In this document: piece after piece, positions 8,086-18,023 of the stretch
Numbering within the stretch: the first letter of the stretch is position 1
Layout: every line of letters starts with the position of its first letter
Assembly (NCBI GenBank): GCA_026393985.1
Contig: JAPKZB010000080.1
Coordinates: forward strand, 71,584 to 135,583
Reading direction: 5' to 3'
DNA length: 64,000 nucleotides
Source of the DNA: Acidobacteriota bacterium
GTDB taxonomy: Bacteria; Acidobacteriota; Terriglobia; Bryobacterales; Bryobacteraceae
Made by a program: the position numbers and the translations under genes
The notes under the pieces: model-generated
What the model was told of the DNA's origin: nothing
The model's database searches: none
What the model saw: only the letters and a program-made list of their open reading frames with translations

Positions 8086-10023
8086 CTACTGGACGCCCGG
8101 AACGGTACTCGGCGGCCGCGAGACCACGCCCTGGATGGCCTCTTCCATATTGATGCTGTTCGCCGCGAGGGTTTGGCCGGTGGCACGTTCGAGGTCGTTG
8201 CGAGCGCGCGCGTAGGTGCTAAGCGCCGCCACTTCGTTGGCCTGGGCCGAGGTGAGGTCCCGCTGCGCCTGGATAACAAAGAAGATGGTCGAGGCGCCCA
8301 GACTGTACTTTTTCTGCTCGGCGTCGAGGGTCTGCTCCTGCAGCACCCGATTCTTCACGGCGGTCTGATACCGGGCCCGGGCCTGCTGGAGGCTGATCAG
8401 CGCATTCTGCACATCGACGCGCACCTGGTTCTGCTGCTGTTGGAAGCGGATTTCGCTCTGCCGGATGGAGAGCTGCTCGCGCACCATATCCGACTGCGCC
8501 GCGCGATTCCGGAGCGGTACGTTCAAGGTGACGCCCACGGCATAATCCGGGAAGTTCCGCCGGAAGACCTGACCGAGCGCCGTCCCGTATCCACCGAGGA
8601 AGAAGCCATCGACCGAGGCCGGGTTACGCGCCAGCGGCGTCGTGTTGGTGGCGCCAGGCACGGGCGGGATGGGCAGCGAGTTGAGCGAACCGGACAAGCC
8701 GTTGTTCTGGAAACGTCCAAAGGCATCAATCGACGGGCGCAGGGCGTTCCTGGTGCCGACGAGGCCGATCTTCGCGCTTTCAATGTTGATTCGGGACTGC
8801 TCCACCTCGGGGCGGTTGTCCATGGCCTTGGACACCAGATCCTGGATCGGTTCGATCGGTTCGGTCTCCGGAATCCGAATCTTGTCGGTAGCGATGACGC
8901 GGGCATCGGCCAGCGAGGCGCTGGTGACCCCGGTCCGCGAGAGCGCATTCTTGAGAATTGTCTCCTGCTGCAGCAGGTTGGTCTCGGAGATAGTCAACTC
9001 CTGCTGGCTGCGGGCCACTTCGGCTTCGGCGCGGATGATCTCGATCGGCGCCAGGGTGCCGATCTCCACCTGCTTTTTGTTGTCCTCGTACAGCTTCTGG
9101 TTGAGTGCCAGGGCCTGCCGCTTGACGAGCACATCTTCGTTGGCGGCTACCAGATCCCAGTAGCGGGCGATGACGCCAGCCACGGTGGTAATCACCTGCT
9201 GCTTGAACGCCAGACCGGAAACCTTCAAATTGTTCCGGCCAATGCGGATGTTCCGGTTGTTGACGGCAAGGCCGAAGCCCTGCAGGAGTCGCTGCTGCAC
9301 TTGAATGCTGGCGTTGACGTTGCGGGCGGGATTGAAATCGAGACGTCCCGAGTTCTGCTCCGAGATAAAGTTATTGAACCCCATCGAGACGGTGGTGCCC
9401 GAAACGAACGCCTTGCTAACGCTGAACTGCGAGACGTCACGCACCGAGATCAGCGAGCTGGTACCGGTGTTGAAGAGGGTAGTCTGCGGCTGGGTGGTTT
9501 TGCTCCTCTGAATCGTCGAGGTAAAGACCGGATCGAAGTTCGCCACGTTCAGACTGGTACCGGTCGCCTGCGCGGTAACCGCTTGCGAGGTACTTTCAAT
9601 GCCGCCGCCGCCCGCCAGACCGCCACCGCCGCCGCCGCCACCGTCGCCGCCGACCTGCGTGGTGCCGGTATTGATGAAGTTGCCCTGGTTCCGGGCGATA
9701 CCGCCGGAGATGGCGCGGTTCAAATCGGCTTCCGAAATCTTCGGGCCGTAGCGCTGCAATTCAATGTCGAGGTTGTTCTCGAGCGCCAGGGCGATTGCAT
9801 CCTGCAACGAGAGATACAGTTTGCCGGCGCGAAGCAGTTGCTCCAGGCGATTGGAGTTGCCCAGATTCGCAGGGGCGATATCCCGCCAGGTGTAGGGGTC
9901 GGTGAAGCGGCCCTGCCACCAGTTGCCAAAAGAACCGGCTTTCTTGGTCTGTTGGGGCAGCGCCGCCGGGCTGAACAGCAACAGAGCGGAGAGAAGGCTA
10001 AGGGGACGTCGGAGTGCATTCAT
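8086..10023 (-). CDS. TolC-family outer membrane efflux protein
   Basis: Signal peptide and a duplicated OEP-type repeat architecture with coiled-coil segments. Contains a poly-Gly insertion. Confidence 0.85.
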   Translation of the reverse strand: MNALRRPLSLLSALLLFSPAALPQQTKKAGSFGNWWQGRFTDPYTWRDIAPANLGNSNRLEQLLRAGKLYLSLQDAIALALENNLDIELQRYGPKISEADLNRAISGGIARNQGNFINTGTTQVGGDGGGGGGGGLAGGGGIESTSQAVTAQATGTSLNVANFDPVFTSTIQRSKTTQPQTTLFNTGTSSLISVRDVSQFSVSKAFVSGTTVSMGFNNFISEQNSGRLDFNPARNVNASIQVQQRLLQGFGLAVNNRNIRIGRNNLKVSGLAFKQQVITTVAGVIARYWDLVAANEDVLVKRQALALNQKLYEDNKKQVEIGTLAPIEIIRAEAEVARSQQELTISETNLLQQETILKNALSRTGVTSASLADARVIATDKIRIPETEPIEPIQDLVSKAMDNRPEVEQSRINIESAKIGLVGTRNALRPSIDAFGRFQNNGLSGSLNSLPIPPVPGATNTTPLARNPASVDGFFLGGYGTALGQVFRRNFPDYAVGVTLNVPLRNRAAQSDMVREQLSIRQSEIRFQQQQNQVRVDVQNALISLQQARARYQTAVKNRVLQEQTLDAEQKKYSLGASTIFFVIQAQRDLTSAQANEVAALSTYARARNDLERATGQTLAANSINMEEAIQGVVSRPPSTVPGVQ

Positions 10024-10210
10024 GGGTTTCGGGTCAGGTATCTCGGTTCGAGTATCAGGGGGTATGGGAAGAGACGATCTCTACGGGGCCGTTGTTCCAG
10101 GAAACACGTTTATGGTAGCGCAAGAGTTACCCCTCTTTCATACAAGGCAGGCATTTCCGGCGGGCCCGCCGGTTGGGGATTACCGGCGGCTCCTGTTATC
10201 CTGACGGGGA

Positions 10211-10813
10211 ATGTCTGATCCTGTTCTGGCGGTTTTTGAGACTACCGGCGCCTATCTGCGGGGCCATTTCCGGCTCACGAGTGGGCTGCACAGCCCGGAG
10301 TACCTGCAGTGCGCCAAGGTTCTGCAGTATCCGGCGCACGCCGCCACGTTTGGCGCGGCCCTCGGCAGACACTTCGCCGGCATGGCCGCAGGGGGAAAGG
10401 CCGCAGCCGGAAAAATTGATGCCGTGGTCAGCCCCGCCATGGGGGGACTGATCATCGGCCACGAGGTGGCGCGCGCCCTTGGCACCCGGTTCGTGTTCAC
10501 CGAGCGGGACGCTGCCGGCCGGATGACGCTGCGCCGGGGGTTTGCGATTGAGCCCGGCGAGACGACCGTGGTGATCGAAGACGTGATCACGACCGGCGGC
10601 AGCACGCGCGAGGTAATCGAGATATTGAAGGGCTGCGGCGCCACGGTGCTCGGCGCCGGGTCGATCATCGATCGCAGCGGCGGACAGGCGGACGTAGGCG
10701 TACCCCGGATTGCCTTGGCGACGCTCCAGGTGACGGCTTGGCCGCCCGAAAGCTGTCCGTTGTGCCAGCAGGGCCAGCCGATCATCAAGCCCGGCTCACG
10801 GAATGTCGGCTGA
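10211..10813 (+). CDS. pyrE: Orotate phosphoribosyltransferase
   Basis: HFRLTSGLHS N-terminal region and the PRPP-binding motif VVIEDVITTGGS. Confidence 0.93.
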   Translation: MSDPVLAVFETTGAYLRGHFRLTSGLHSPEYLQCAKVLQYPAHAATFGAALGRHFAGMAAGGKAAAGKIDAVVSPAMGGLIIGHEVARALGTRFVFTERDAAGRMTLRRGFAIEPGETTVVIEDVITTGGSTREVIEILKGCGATVLGAGSIIDRSGGQADVGVPRIALATLQVTAWPPESCPLCQQGQPIIKPGSRNVG

Positions 10814-11558
10814 GGGCCGGACTTTCCGGCTGACCATTGCCTACGACGGGGCCGACTACGCCGGCTGGCAGGTGCAACCGGACCAGGTCACCATTCAAAG
10901 CGAAATTGAGCGGGCGCTCTGGCAGGCCACCAAAGAAAAGGTCACCATCCACGGCAGCGGCCGCACCGACGCCGGGGTCCACGCCCTCGGTCAGGTGGCT
11001 TCGTTTCGCACAACGAATCCCATCCCGCCAGAAAACCTGCAGCGCGCCGTGAACCGGCTGCTGCCGCCGGCCATCCGCATTCTCGCCGTCGAGGAGGCAC
11101 CCGCCGACTTTCACGCCCGCTTTTCGGCGCGTGGGAAACGATACGAGTACCGCATCTGGCGGGAGCGGATCTGTCCGCCGCATCTGGCGCGCTACGTCCA
11201 TACCCATCCCTATCCGCTCAGCTTGCCGGCCATGATCGCCGCGGCGCCCCTGTTTGTTGGCGAGCACGACTTCTCCTCTTTCTCCGCCGCCGACGCCAAG
11301 GACGCCCTGGGCCATTCGAAGGTCCGGCGCATCTGGGTCTCCGAGATGGTCGAAGAGGGGCCCCTGCTGATGTACCGGGTGGAAGGCAGCGGTTTTCTTA
11401 AGCACATGGTGCGGAATCTGGTCGGTACCTTGATTGAGGTCGGCCGCGGCAACCTCTCGGCGGCCGGGCTGCGCGGATTGCTCGCTACCCCGCAGCGCGC
11501 CCGGGCCGGCAACACGGTGCCGGGGCACGGCTTGTACCTCGTGCGCGTAGACTACTAA
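10803..11558 (+). CDS. truA: tRNA pseudouridine(38-40) synthase
   Basis: YDGADYAGWQVQP and GSGRTDAGVHALGQV with the catalytic Asp. Confidence 0.93.
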   Translation: MSAEGRTFRLTIAYDGADYAGWQVQPDQVTIQSEIERALWQATKEKVTIHGSGRTDAGVHALGQVASFRTTNPIPPENLQRAVNRLLPPAIRILAVEEAPADFHARFSARGKRYEYRIWRERICPPHLARYVHTHPYPLSLPAMIAAAPLFVGEHDFSSFSAADAKDALGHSKVRRIWVSEMVEEGPLLMYRVEGSGFLKHMVRNLVGTLIEVGRGNLSAAGLRGLLATPQRARAGNTVPGHGLYLVRVDY

Positions 11559-12763
11559 GCCCGCATGGCAAAGCAGGTGAGCTTGTCCTGATCGCGGACA
11601 AACAGGCGACCGTCGGCCACCACGGGCTGCGTCCAGACCGGGTACTCGCCGCGCCCGAGGCGATGCCGGGCCAGCTCTTTGTATGCCGCCGGGGAGGCCT
11701 CCGCCAGCGCCAGCACGCCGTCCTCGCCTTGCAGATAGAGCATGCCGTCGGCGAACAGCAACTGTCCTTTGCCCACGCTGCGGTCCCGCCAGGCGACCTC
11801 GCCGGTGAGCAGCTTCATGCAGGTCAGGATGTTCGACGAGAAGCCGTAGAGATGCTCGCCCACCAGCACGCTTGAGCAGTAGTGATTGCGCATGTCCCGG
11901 TTGAAGTAGACCTCGCGGGCCTTCACCTTTCCGCCCTCGCCGCTCAACTGGAGCAGCGCGCAGCCGGTGCCGTAGTCGGAGCTGACAAACAGATGGCCGT
12001 TGGCATAGAGCGGCGTGGCGATATTGGCCGTCCGGTTGGCCACTTTGTCATAGCGCCATAACAGCTCGCCGGTGGCGGCGTTCATCCCCACCACCCCTTC
12101 GCCGGTAAAGGTTACGATATTGCGGATGCCGCCGAAATCGAACGCGATTGCCGAAGCGTATCCCGCGCGGTCGCTGCCCGACTTCCAAATGAGCTTTCCG
12201 TTGGTTTTGTCGATCGCCACGACGGCGGCGCCGCGGCCGCCGGGCTGCACGATCACCTTGTTGCCGTCGATCAGCGGCGATTCGCTCATGCCCCAGTGGG
12301 CGACTGCCCCGCCGAACCGGTCGACCACGTTCTGCTCCCACTGCTTCTTCCCGTCGGCTTTGCTGATCGCCGTCAGGGTGCCGTCGGCGGACATGCTATA
12401 GAGCATTGGCCCATCGACGGTCGGGGTGCCGCGCGGTCCGTTGCCGCGGCTCTCGTTGTAGCTGCCGCCGGCCGGCGTCGCCCACAGTTTTCGGCCCGTG
12501 GCGGCGTCATAGGCCACGACGAACTCCGAACGCCCTTGCTGGCCCTGGGTGAAGAGCCGGCCGCCTGCCACCGAAAATGACGAGTAGCCTTCGCCGAGGC
12601 CCGTGGCGGTCCACACGACCTTCGGGCCGTTGGCGGGCCACTGCTTCAGGAGTCCCGTTTCGGCGGCGCGGCCATCGCGGGCCGGGCCGCGCCACTGGGG
12701 CCATTCGGCGGCGCGGAGAGCAGCCGCGGCGGAGGCGGCCAGCAGCAGGCGGCGCGAGGTCAC
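11555..12763 (-). CDS. PQQ-like beta-propeller repeat protein, exported (Tat-type N-terminus)
   Basis: Begins MTSRRLLLAASAAAAL and contains the WPQWRGP motif plus repeated propeller blades. Confidence 0.8.
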   Translation of the reverse strand: MTSRRLLLAASAAAALRAAEWPQWRGPARDGRAAETGLLKQWPANGPKVVWTATGLGEGYSSFSVAGGRLFTQGQQGRSEFVVAYDAATGRKLWATPAGGSYNESRGNGPRGTPTVDGPMLYSMSADGTLTAISKADGKKQWEQNVVDRFGGAVAHWGMSESPLIDGNKVIVQPGGRGAAVVAIDKTNGKLIWKSGSDRAGYASAIAFDFGGIRNIVTFTGEGVVGMNAATGELLWRYDKVANRTANIATPLYANGHLFVSSDYGTGCALLQLSGEGGKVKAREVYFNRDMRNHYCSSVLVGEHLYGFSSNILTCMKLLTGEVAWRDRSVGKGQLLFADGMLYLQGEDGVLALAEASPAAYKELARHRLGRGEYPVWTQPVVADGRLFVRDQDKLTCFAMRA

Positions 12764-13257
12764 TTGGTAATCCCCTGAACCATCTGTTTAAACGCGGCTT
12801 CATGGGCGACGACTACTTTTTCCGGGGCCGTGAACTTGAAGAACACGCTGCCCTGCGGTGCTTCAACAATGGCCCCCAGCATGCGATAACCCGGCTTCAT
12901 GACCTTGTCGGGAGACATCGGCGAGGCCGACCAGGCGTAGGTGCCCGATAAGTCCAGATAGGTAACCGGGAAGCCGGCCACGGTGCCCGTGCTGCGCTTG
13001 GTCTGGCCGGTGCGGGTGGGGAACTGCCCCTCCCAGCGGGTGATGTTGGCTTCGACGCCGCCCCCCTGGCCGGGCCCGAAGTAGAAGACGGCGCACTCGC
13101 CCGTTTCGGGCGTGCCGGGGACGGTGTAGGTGGCGGCGCGCATGGGGCGCTCCGGCAGCGCCTTCCAGCCGGCGGGCATCTTCCAGGAGATGCCGGAGGC
13201 GCCATCGGCCAGCAGGAGGGCGGGCACTAGGAGAGCAGAGAGCAGAAAGCGGTACAT
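12760..13257 (-). CDS. Hypothetical secreted protein
   Basis: Has a signal peptide. Shows a 4-nt overlap with the downstream PQQ gene. Confidence 0.6.
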   Translation of the reverse strand: MYRFLLSALLVPALLLADGASGISWKMPAGWKALPERPMRAATYTVPGTPETGECAVFYFGPGQGGGVEANITRWEGQFPTRTGQTKRSTGTVAGFPVTYLDLSGTYAWSASPMSPDKVMKPGYRMLGAIVEAPQGSVFFKFTAPEKVVVAHEAAFKQMVQGITK

Positions 13258-13272
13258 ACCGATAGTCTATCG

Positions 13273-14955
13273 CTAGCGGAAGCCGAAGGCGCCCATGGGG
13301 ATGCCGAGGCGGCGCGGGTCGCCGTTCGAGGGCCGGAAGGGCGGGGTGACGAGGAACTCCACGCGGACCGCCCCGGCGGGCGCGGAGGCCAAGGGGTAGC
13401 GAACGGTTTGCCACCCCTGCCGGGTAAACGTGTGGCGGCCGAGCAGCGCGCCGTCCAGGCGGGTTTCGAGCGTCACCGCGCCGATCTCGCGGATGTAGTC
13501 CGGCCCGATGTTCAGGCGCATCTCGAAAGCGGCGGCGTCCGCGGGCCGGTGTAGGCGGGCAGCGGCCATCGGATGGGTCCAGCGGAAGGCGCCGTCGCGG
13601 CCATACCAGCCGGACTCCAGTTGCCAGAGCGGGGTAAGCCCGGACATGTCGATCCAGGAGGCATCGGGCTGGCCGGCGAGGCGGGCGAGGGAGTCGAGGC
13701 GTCGCGCCGGACGGTCCCAGGAGAGTAAGGCCAGGGAGCCATCTGCGGCGGGCCGGTCTTTTGTGGTGTGGGCCTCGGCGGCAAAGGCCTCAAGGTCGTT
13801 GGTGCCAAAGGCCAGGCGTAGGCACCCGGTCACGCCCCACCAGTGCAGGCTCGGCGGATAGCTGTCAATCAGAAACCGGCGGAGATCGGGCTGCTGGCGG
13901 GCCAATTCCTGCACCGCCGTGAAGTAGGCGCGGTGTTCGGCCGCCTGAAACAGCAGGGTAGAACGGACAGGCCGCATCTGCGCATAGTTGATCCCCAGCC
14001 AGAGGGCCAGCACCGGAGCCACCTGGCGCCAGCTGAATTGGTCGGCCACCGAGGCCAGCGCCACGGCCAAGCCCGCCAGCGGCAGATAGAGGTAGGCGGA
14101 CAAGGTGCGATTCGGCACCACGAACATGGGCGCCAGCAGCACCACAAAAGCCGCCAGGCCCCAGTGCACGCGCTTATCCCGGCTGAGCAGCGGCACCGCC
14201 AGCAACGCCCAACCGGCATGCGGCAGCAGCAGAATCTTCGAGGCGTAGTAATCCATGGTCTGGGCCAGAGACAGCGGCGTCAGCCGGAGACCATAGTCCC
14301 CTTCCCTGCCCCCTTGCACGCGCAGCGCCTGCAGGCCGAACAGGACCGACACGGCAAAGAAGGGAGACAGCGCCCGGTACCGCCGCTGTCCCAGCCAGTG
14401 CTCATACGCCAGCAGCACTACCGGCAGGCCAATAGCCAGCTCCTTCGATTTGTAAGCGCACCAGAACAGCAGCAGCGGCTGCCACCACGGCCGCCCGGCC
14501 ACCCACGCCCACAGCGCCGCCAGGCAAAAAGTGGCACAGAGGACATCGTAGAGGAACATCGGCTTCCAGTAGGCTTCGAGACACGCCACGTGAAAGGCGA
14601 ACAGGCCCAGACCGCACCACCGCGCGGCCCACGCCACACCCAGCCGCCCCAACAACCCCCACAACAGTCCCAGGTTCAGCAGGTGCAGCAGTTGCACCGC
14701 CAGCACATACCAGCGGAACTCGTAGCCGGCCCCGTGGTAGAGGCCCGTGAGCAGCGCATGGGTGACGGGCCGGAAGTTGGTGGCCGAGAAGGACGGCGTC
14801 AGAAACCCGGCGAGAAAGGTTCCGGGCCGCGCCCAGCGCATCCAGGCGAACGAGTCGAGGTCATCGCCGGCGAAGTAGCCCTCCCAGGCTCCTTTGTTGA
14901 CGACCCAAAGGAGCCACAGCAGGACGAGCCAGCCGGCCGGGGTGCGCCACTTCAT
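13273..14955 (-). CDS. Polytopic integral membrane protein with soluble C-terminal domain (possible GT-C-like glycosyltransferase)
   Basis: The N-terminal ~370 aa contain many hydrophobic helices. The function is only guessed from the architecture. Confidence 0.6.
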   Translation of the reverse strand: MKWRTPAGWLVLLWLLWVVNKGAWEGYFAGDDLDSFAWMRWARPGTFLAGFLTPSFSATNFRPVTHALLTGLYHGAGYEFRWYVLAVQLLHLLNLGLLWGLLGRLGVAWAARWCGLGLFAFHVACLEAYWKPMFLYDVLCATFCLAALWAWVAGRPWWQPLLLFWCAYKSKELAIGLPVVLLAYEHWLGQRRYRALSPFFAVSVLFGLQALRVQGGREGDYGLRLTPLSLAQTMDYYASKILLLPHAGWALLAVPLLSRDKRVHWGLAAFVVLLAPMFVVPNRTLSAYLYLPLAGLAVALASVADQFSWRQVAPVLALWLGINYAQMRPVRSTLLFQAAEHRAYFTAVQELARQQPDLRRFLIDSYPPSLHWWGVTGCLRLAFGTNDLEAFAAEAHTTKDRPAADGSLALLSWDRPARRLDSLARLAGQPDASWIDMSGLTPLWQLESGWYGRDGAFRWTHPMAAARLHRPADAAAFEMRLNIGPDYIREIGAVTLETRLDGALLGRHTFTRQGWQTVRYPLASAPAGAVRVEFLVTPPFRPSNGDPRRLGIPMGAFGFR

Positions 14956-16640
14956 TCCGCTTGCAGAAAGTCAAAGTCGCAGCCGAGATGGGCCTGCGTG
15001 ACGTGCGACAGGAACAGCTTGCCGTAGCCGCGGGTAAAGTGCGGCGGGGCGGGCTTCCAGGCGGTCAACCGCCGGGCGATCTCTTCATCGGACAGGTGCA
15101 GATGCAGCTGCCGCGCCTCGACGTCGAGCGTGATGAGGTCGCCGGTTTCAACAATCGCCAGCGGGCCGCCGATGGCGGATTCGGGCGAGACGTGGAGCAC
15201 AACGGTGCCGAAGCTGGTGCCCGACATGCGGGCGTCGGAGATGCGCACGCAATCCGAGACGCCCTGCGCAAGCAGTACCTTCGGCATCGGGATGTGGCCC
15301 CACTCGGGGAACCCGGGCGCGCCGTGCGGACCGCAGCCTTTCATCACCAGCACGGTGTTCGCGTCGATGGGGAGATCCATCGAGTCGATCGTGTCATGCA
15401 TCTGCTGGTAGGTTTCAAAGACGTAGGCCGGGCCGGTGTGCTTGCACAGGTGGGGGCTGGCGGCAGTCTGTTTGAACACCGCGCCGTTCGGCGAAAGATT
15501 GCCGCGTAGGACCACGGTGCCGCCTTCGGCGTGGAGCGGATTCGCGGCCGGGCGAATGACGTCGGAATTGTGATTCGGCGCCTCGGCCACGTTTTCCGCC
15601 ACGGTCCGGCCGTTGACCGTCAGCGCATGGCCATGCAGCTGCGGCAACAGCTCCCGCATCACGGCCGGGACGCCGCCGGCGTAGAAGAACTCCTCCATCA
15701 TGTGCTGGCCCGAGGGCCGGACATTCACGAGAAAAGGCGTGCGGCGGGAGATGGCGTCGAAATCGTCGAGCGTGAGTTTATGGGGCGTGCGGCCGGCGAT
15801 GGCGAGCAGGTGGACCACGGCGTTGGTGGAGCCGCCGATGGCCATATCGACCGTGACGGCATTTTCAAAGGCCTCACGGGTGAGGATGCGCGAGGGCTTG
15901 AGCCCTTCGGCGATCATCTCGACCATGCGCCGGCCGGCCATTTCGGCCATGGCCAGGCGTCGGGAATCCGGGGCCGGAATGGCGGCCGAACCGGGCAGCG
16001 ACATGCCGAGCGCTTCGGCGATGATGGCCATGGTGGAGGCGGTGCCCATGACGGTGCAGTGCCCGGCCGAGCGCACCATGCAGCCTTCAATCTCCTCGAG
16101 TTCTTCGGGCGACACTTCGCCGGTGCGGTACAGATCGAAAATCTTGCGGCCGTCGGTTCCCTGCCCGATGGTGCGGCCTTTGTAGTTCCCCGAGAGCGTC
16201 GGGCCGCCGGTGAGAATCAGGGCGGGCACATCGGCCGAGGCCGCGCCCATGAGCATGGCCGGGGTGGTCTTGTCGCAGCCGCACAGCATGACGACGCCGT
16301 CGAGGGGATTGGCCCGCACCGACTCTTCGACGTCCATCGCCATGAGATTGCGGAAGAGCATCGTAGTGGGCTTCATGTACTGCTCGCCCAGCGAGATGAC
16401 CGGAAACTCGAGCGGGAAGCCGCCCGCGGCCCAAACACCGCGCTTGACCGCATCGGCCACTTGGCGCAGATGAGCGTTGCAGTTGTTCAGCTCGCTGAAA
16501 GAGTTGCAGATGCCCACGACCGGCTTGCCGTGGAAGGCCTGCCGCGAAAGGCCCAGGGCGCGTATGTTGGCGCGGCGGGAGAAATTGTAGTACTCCTTGC
16601 CGTTGAACCAGGAGTAACTACGGAGCTTCGTCGGATCCAT
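14952..16640 (-). CDS. IlvD/Edd family dehydratase (dihydroxy-acid or sugar-acid dehydratase)
   Basis: CDKTTPAMLMGA, a family-typical FKQ/VFE region, and length 562 aa. Confidence 0.9.
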   Translation of the reverse strand: MDPTKLRSYSWFNGKEYYNFSRRANIRALGLSRQAFHGKPVVGICNSFSELNNCNAHLRQVADAVKRGVWAAGGFPLEFPVISLGEQYMKPTTMLFRNLMAMDVEESVRANPLDGVVMLCGCDKTTPAMLMGAASADVPALILTGGPTLSGNYKGRTIGQGTDGRKIFDLYRTGEVSPEELEEIEGCMVRSAGHCTVMGTASTMAIIAEALGMSLPGSAAIPAPDSRRLAMAEMAGRRMVEMIAEGLKPSRILTREAFENAVTVDMAIGGSTNAVVHLLAIAGRTPHKLTLDDFDAISRRTPFLVNVRPSGQHMMEEFFYAGGVPAVMRELLPQLHGHALTVNGRTVAENVAEAPNHNSDVIRPAANPLHAEGGTVVLRGNLSPNGAVFKQTAASPHLCKHTGPAYVFETYQQMHDTIDSMDLPIDANTVLVMKGCGPHGAPGFPEWGHIPMPKVLLAQGVSDCVRISDARMSGTSFGTVVLHVSPESAIGGPLAIVETGDLITLDVEARQLHLHLSDEEIARRLTAWKPAPPHFTRGYGKLFLSHVTQAHLGCDFDFLQAE

Positions 16641-16657
16641 GAAGCTCCTATTGTGTC

Positions 16658-16831
16658 TTATTCTACGGTGATCTTGGAGCCCGTCTTCGGCTTCGGCTCC
16701 AGTTCCTGAATCGAGGTATCGATCAAGAGCCGGAGACCCTTCAAGAACTCAACGCCGGCCGCGCGGAAGTGATTTTCAATCATTGCCGCGTTGCAGCCGC
16801 ACGCGGTGCTGCGGGGTTTATCGTCGTTCAT
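16658..16831 (-). CDS. Hypothetical 57-aa protein
   Basis: ATG at 16831 is preceded by GGAGGA and lies just downstream of the nagA stop. The longer track ORF would overlap nagA. Confidence 0.45.
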   Translation of the reverse strand: MNDDKPRSTACGCNAAMIENHFRAAGVEFLKGLRLLIDTSIQELEPKPKTGSKITVE

Positions 16832-16835
16832 ACTC

Positions 16836-18023
16836 TCAGTGTATCCTCCGGCCGGCCATCCAGGTGCCGTGAACCTGGCAGGCCTCATCGAGCAGAATCA
16901 GGTCGGCCGCCTTGCCCGGACGCAGGCTACCGAGTTCGTCGTCGACGCCCAGGATCTCGGCCGGCGTCAGCGAGGCCATCCGGATGGCCTGCCAGAGCGG
17001 CACCCCGGTCGCTTCCCGGAAGACGCGCACCATTTCGTCCATCGCGTAAACGCTTGAGGCGAGCGCGGTGCCGTCGGGAATGCGCGCCTCGCGATTTTTG
17101 ACCACGGCCACCATGCCGTGGCGGGGGCCAAAGGTGTACTCGCCGTCCGGCATGCCGGCGCCGCGCATGGCGTCCGAGATGATGGCGAGCTTGTCGAAGC
17201 CCTTGTTGCGCAGCGCCAGAGTCATCATCTCCTTCGACAGGTGCTTGCCGTCGGTAATCAATTCGCTCGATAGCCGCTCTTCGAGATAGACCGCTTCGAC
17301 AATGCCGGCCGTGCGCGGATTCGGCGTGCCGCGCCAGCGGTTGTTCATGGCGTCGGTCATGGCGCAGTACAGATGCGTGGCGTGCGCGGCACCCCAGTCG
17401 AGCGCCTCGACAATCTCGTGATAGAGCGCCTCGCTGTGGCCGATCGACGGGATGGCGCCCCGCCGTCGCAGCTCCTCGATTAACGGGCGCGCGCCGGGCA
17501 GCTCCGGCGCCAGCGTCATCGTCGCCAGCGGCCCGCGTTCGAGCAGTTCGCTCCACTCGGCCTCGACTGGGTTGCGGACGTACTCGGGCAGATGGCAGCC
17601 GCGCTTGGTCTGGCAGAGGTAAGGACCTTCAATGTGGGCGCCGAGCGCGCGGCCGAAGCGATTGCCGCGGCTGCGGTAGGCATTGATGGCATCGAGACCC
17701 GCCAGGATTTCCGCGTGCGGCGCCGTGGCCGTCGTGGGGCAGAGGGCCGTAACGCCATGGCGGGCGTGATAGGCGAAAATGCGGTCCACATCCTCCGGCG
17801 TCGCGTCCATGAAGTCGCTGCCGTCGCCGCCGTGGATGTGGATGTCAATCAGGCCCGGCGCAACATACAGGCCGGAGGCGTCGATGACCTCGGCCTTCGG
17901 AGGAGGCGCGGTCCACGGACCGGCATAGGCAATGCGGCCTTCCTCAACCAGCACCACGCCGTCCCGGACCTCGCCCGCGTCGGTAAGCAAGGTTCCGTGA
18001 GCAAAAGCAAGGCGTTCAGGCAA
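16836..18023 (-). CDS. nagA: N-acetylglucosamine-6-phosphate deacetylase
   Basis: Amidohydrolase motifs GLIDIHIHGG and HLYCAM. The start is set at TTG 18023, which overlaps the ArsA stop. The longer ORF extension to 18326 lies inside the arsA-like gene. Confidence 0.85.
   Translation of the reverse strand: MPERLAFAHGTLLTDAGEVRDGVVLVEEGRIAYAGPWTAPPPKAEVIDASGLYVAPGLIDIHIHGGDGSDFMDATPEDVDRIFAYHARHGVTALCPTTATAPHAEILAGLDAINAYRSRGNRFGRALGAHIEGPYLCQTKRGCHLPEYVRNPVEAEWSELLERGPLATMTLAPELPGARPLIEELRRRGAIPSIGHSEALYHEIVEALDWGAAHATHLYCAMTDAMNNRWRGTPNPRTAGIVEAVYLEERLSSELITDGKHLSKEMMTLALRNKGFDKLAIISDAMRGAGMPDGEYTFGPRHGMVAVVKNREARIPDGTALASSVYAMDEMVRVFREATGVPLWQAIRMASLTPAEILGVDDELGSLRPGKAADLILLDEACQVHGTWMAGRRIH

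Noticed and set aside
9590-9660. GCC/GCCGCC-rich simple repeat considered as a CRISPR-like or satellite element.
   Set aside because: It is in frame within the TolC-like gene and encodes poly-Gly. It shows no repeat-spacer periodicity.
10157-10172. Perfect 16-nt palindrome CCGGCGGGCCCGCCGG about 40 nt upstream of pyrE, with a third half-site at 10182. It was considered as a pyr attenuator or terminator.
   Set aside because: No U-tract follows and the loop would be too tight. It may be a protein-binding site, but I have no supporting evidence, so it is not promoted to a finding.
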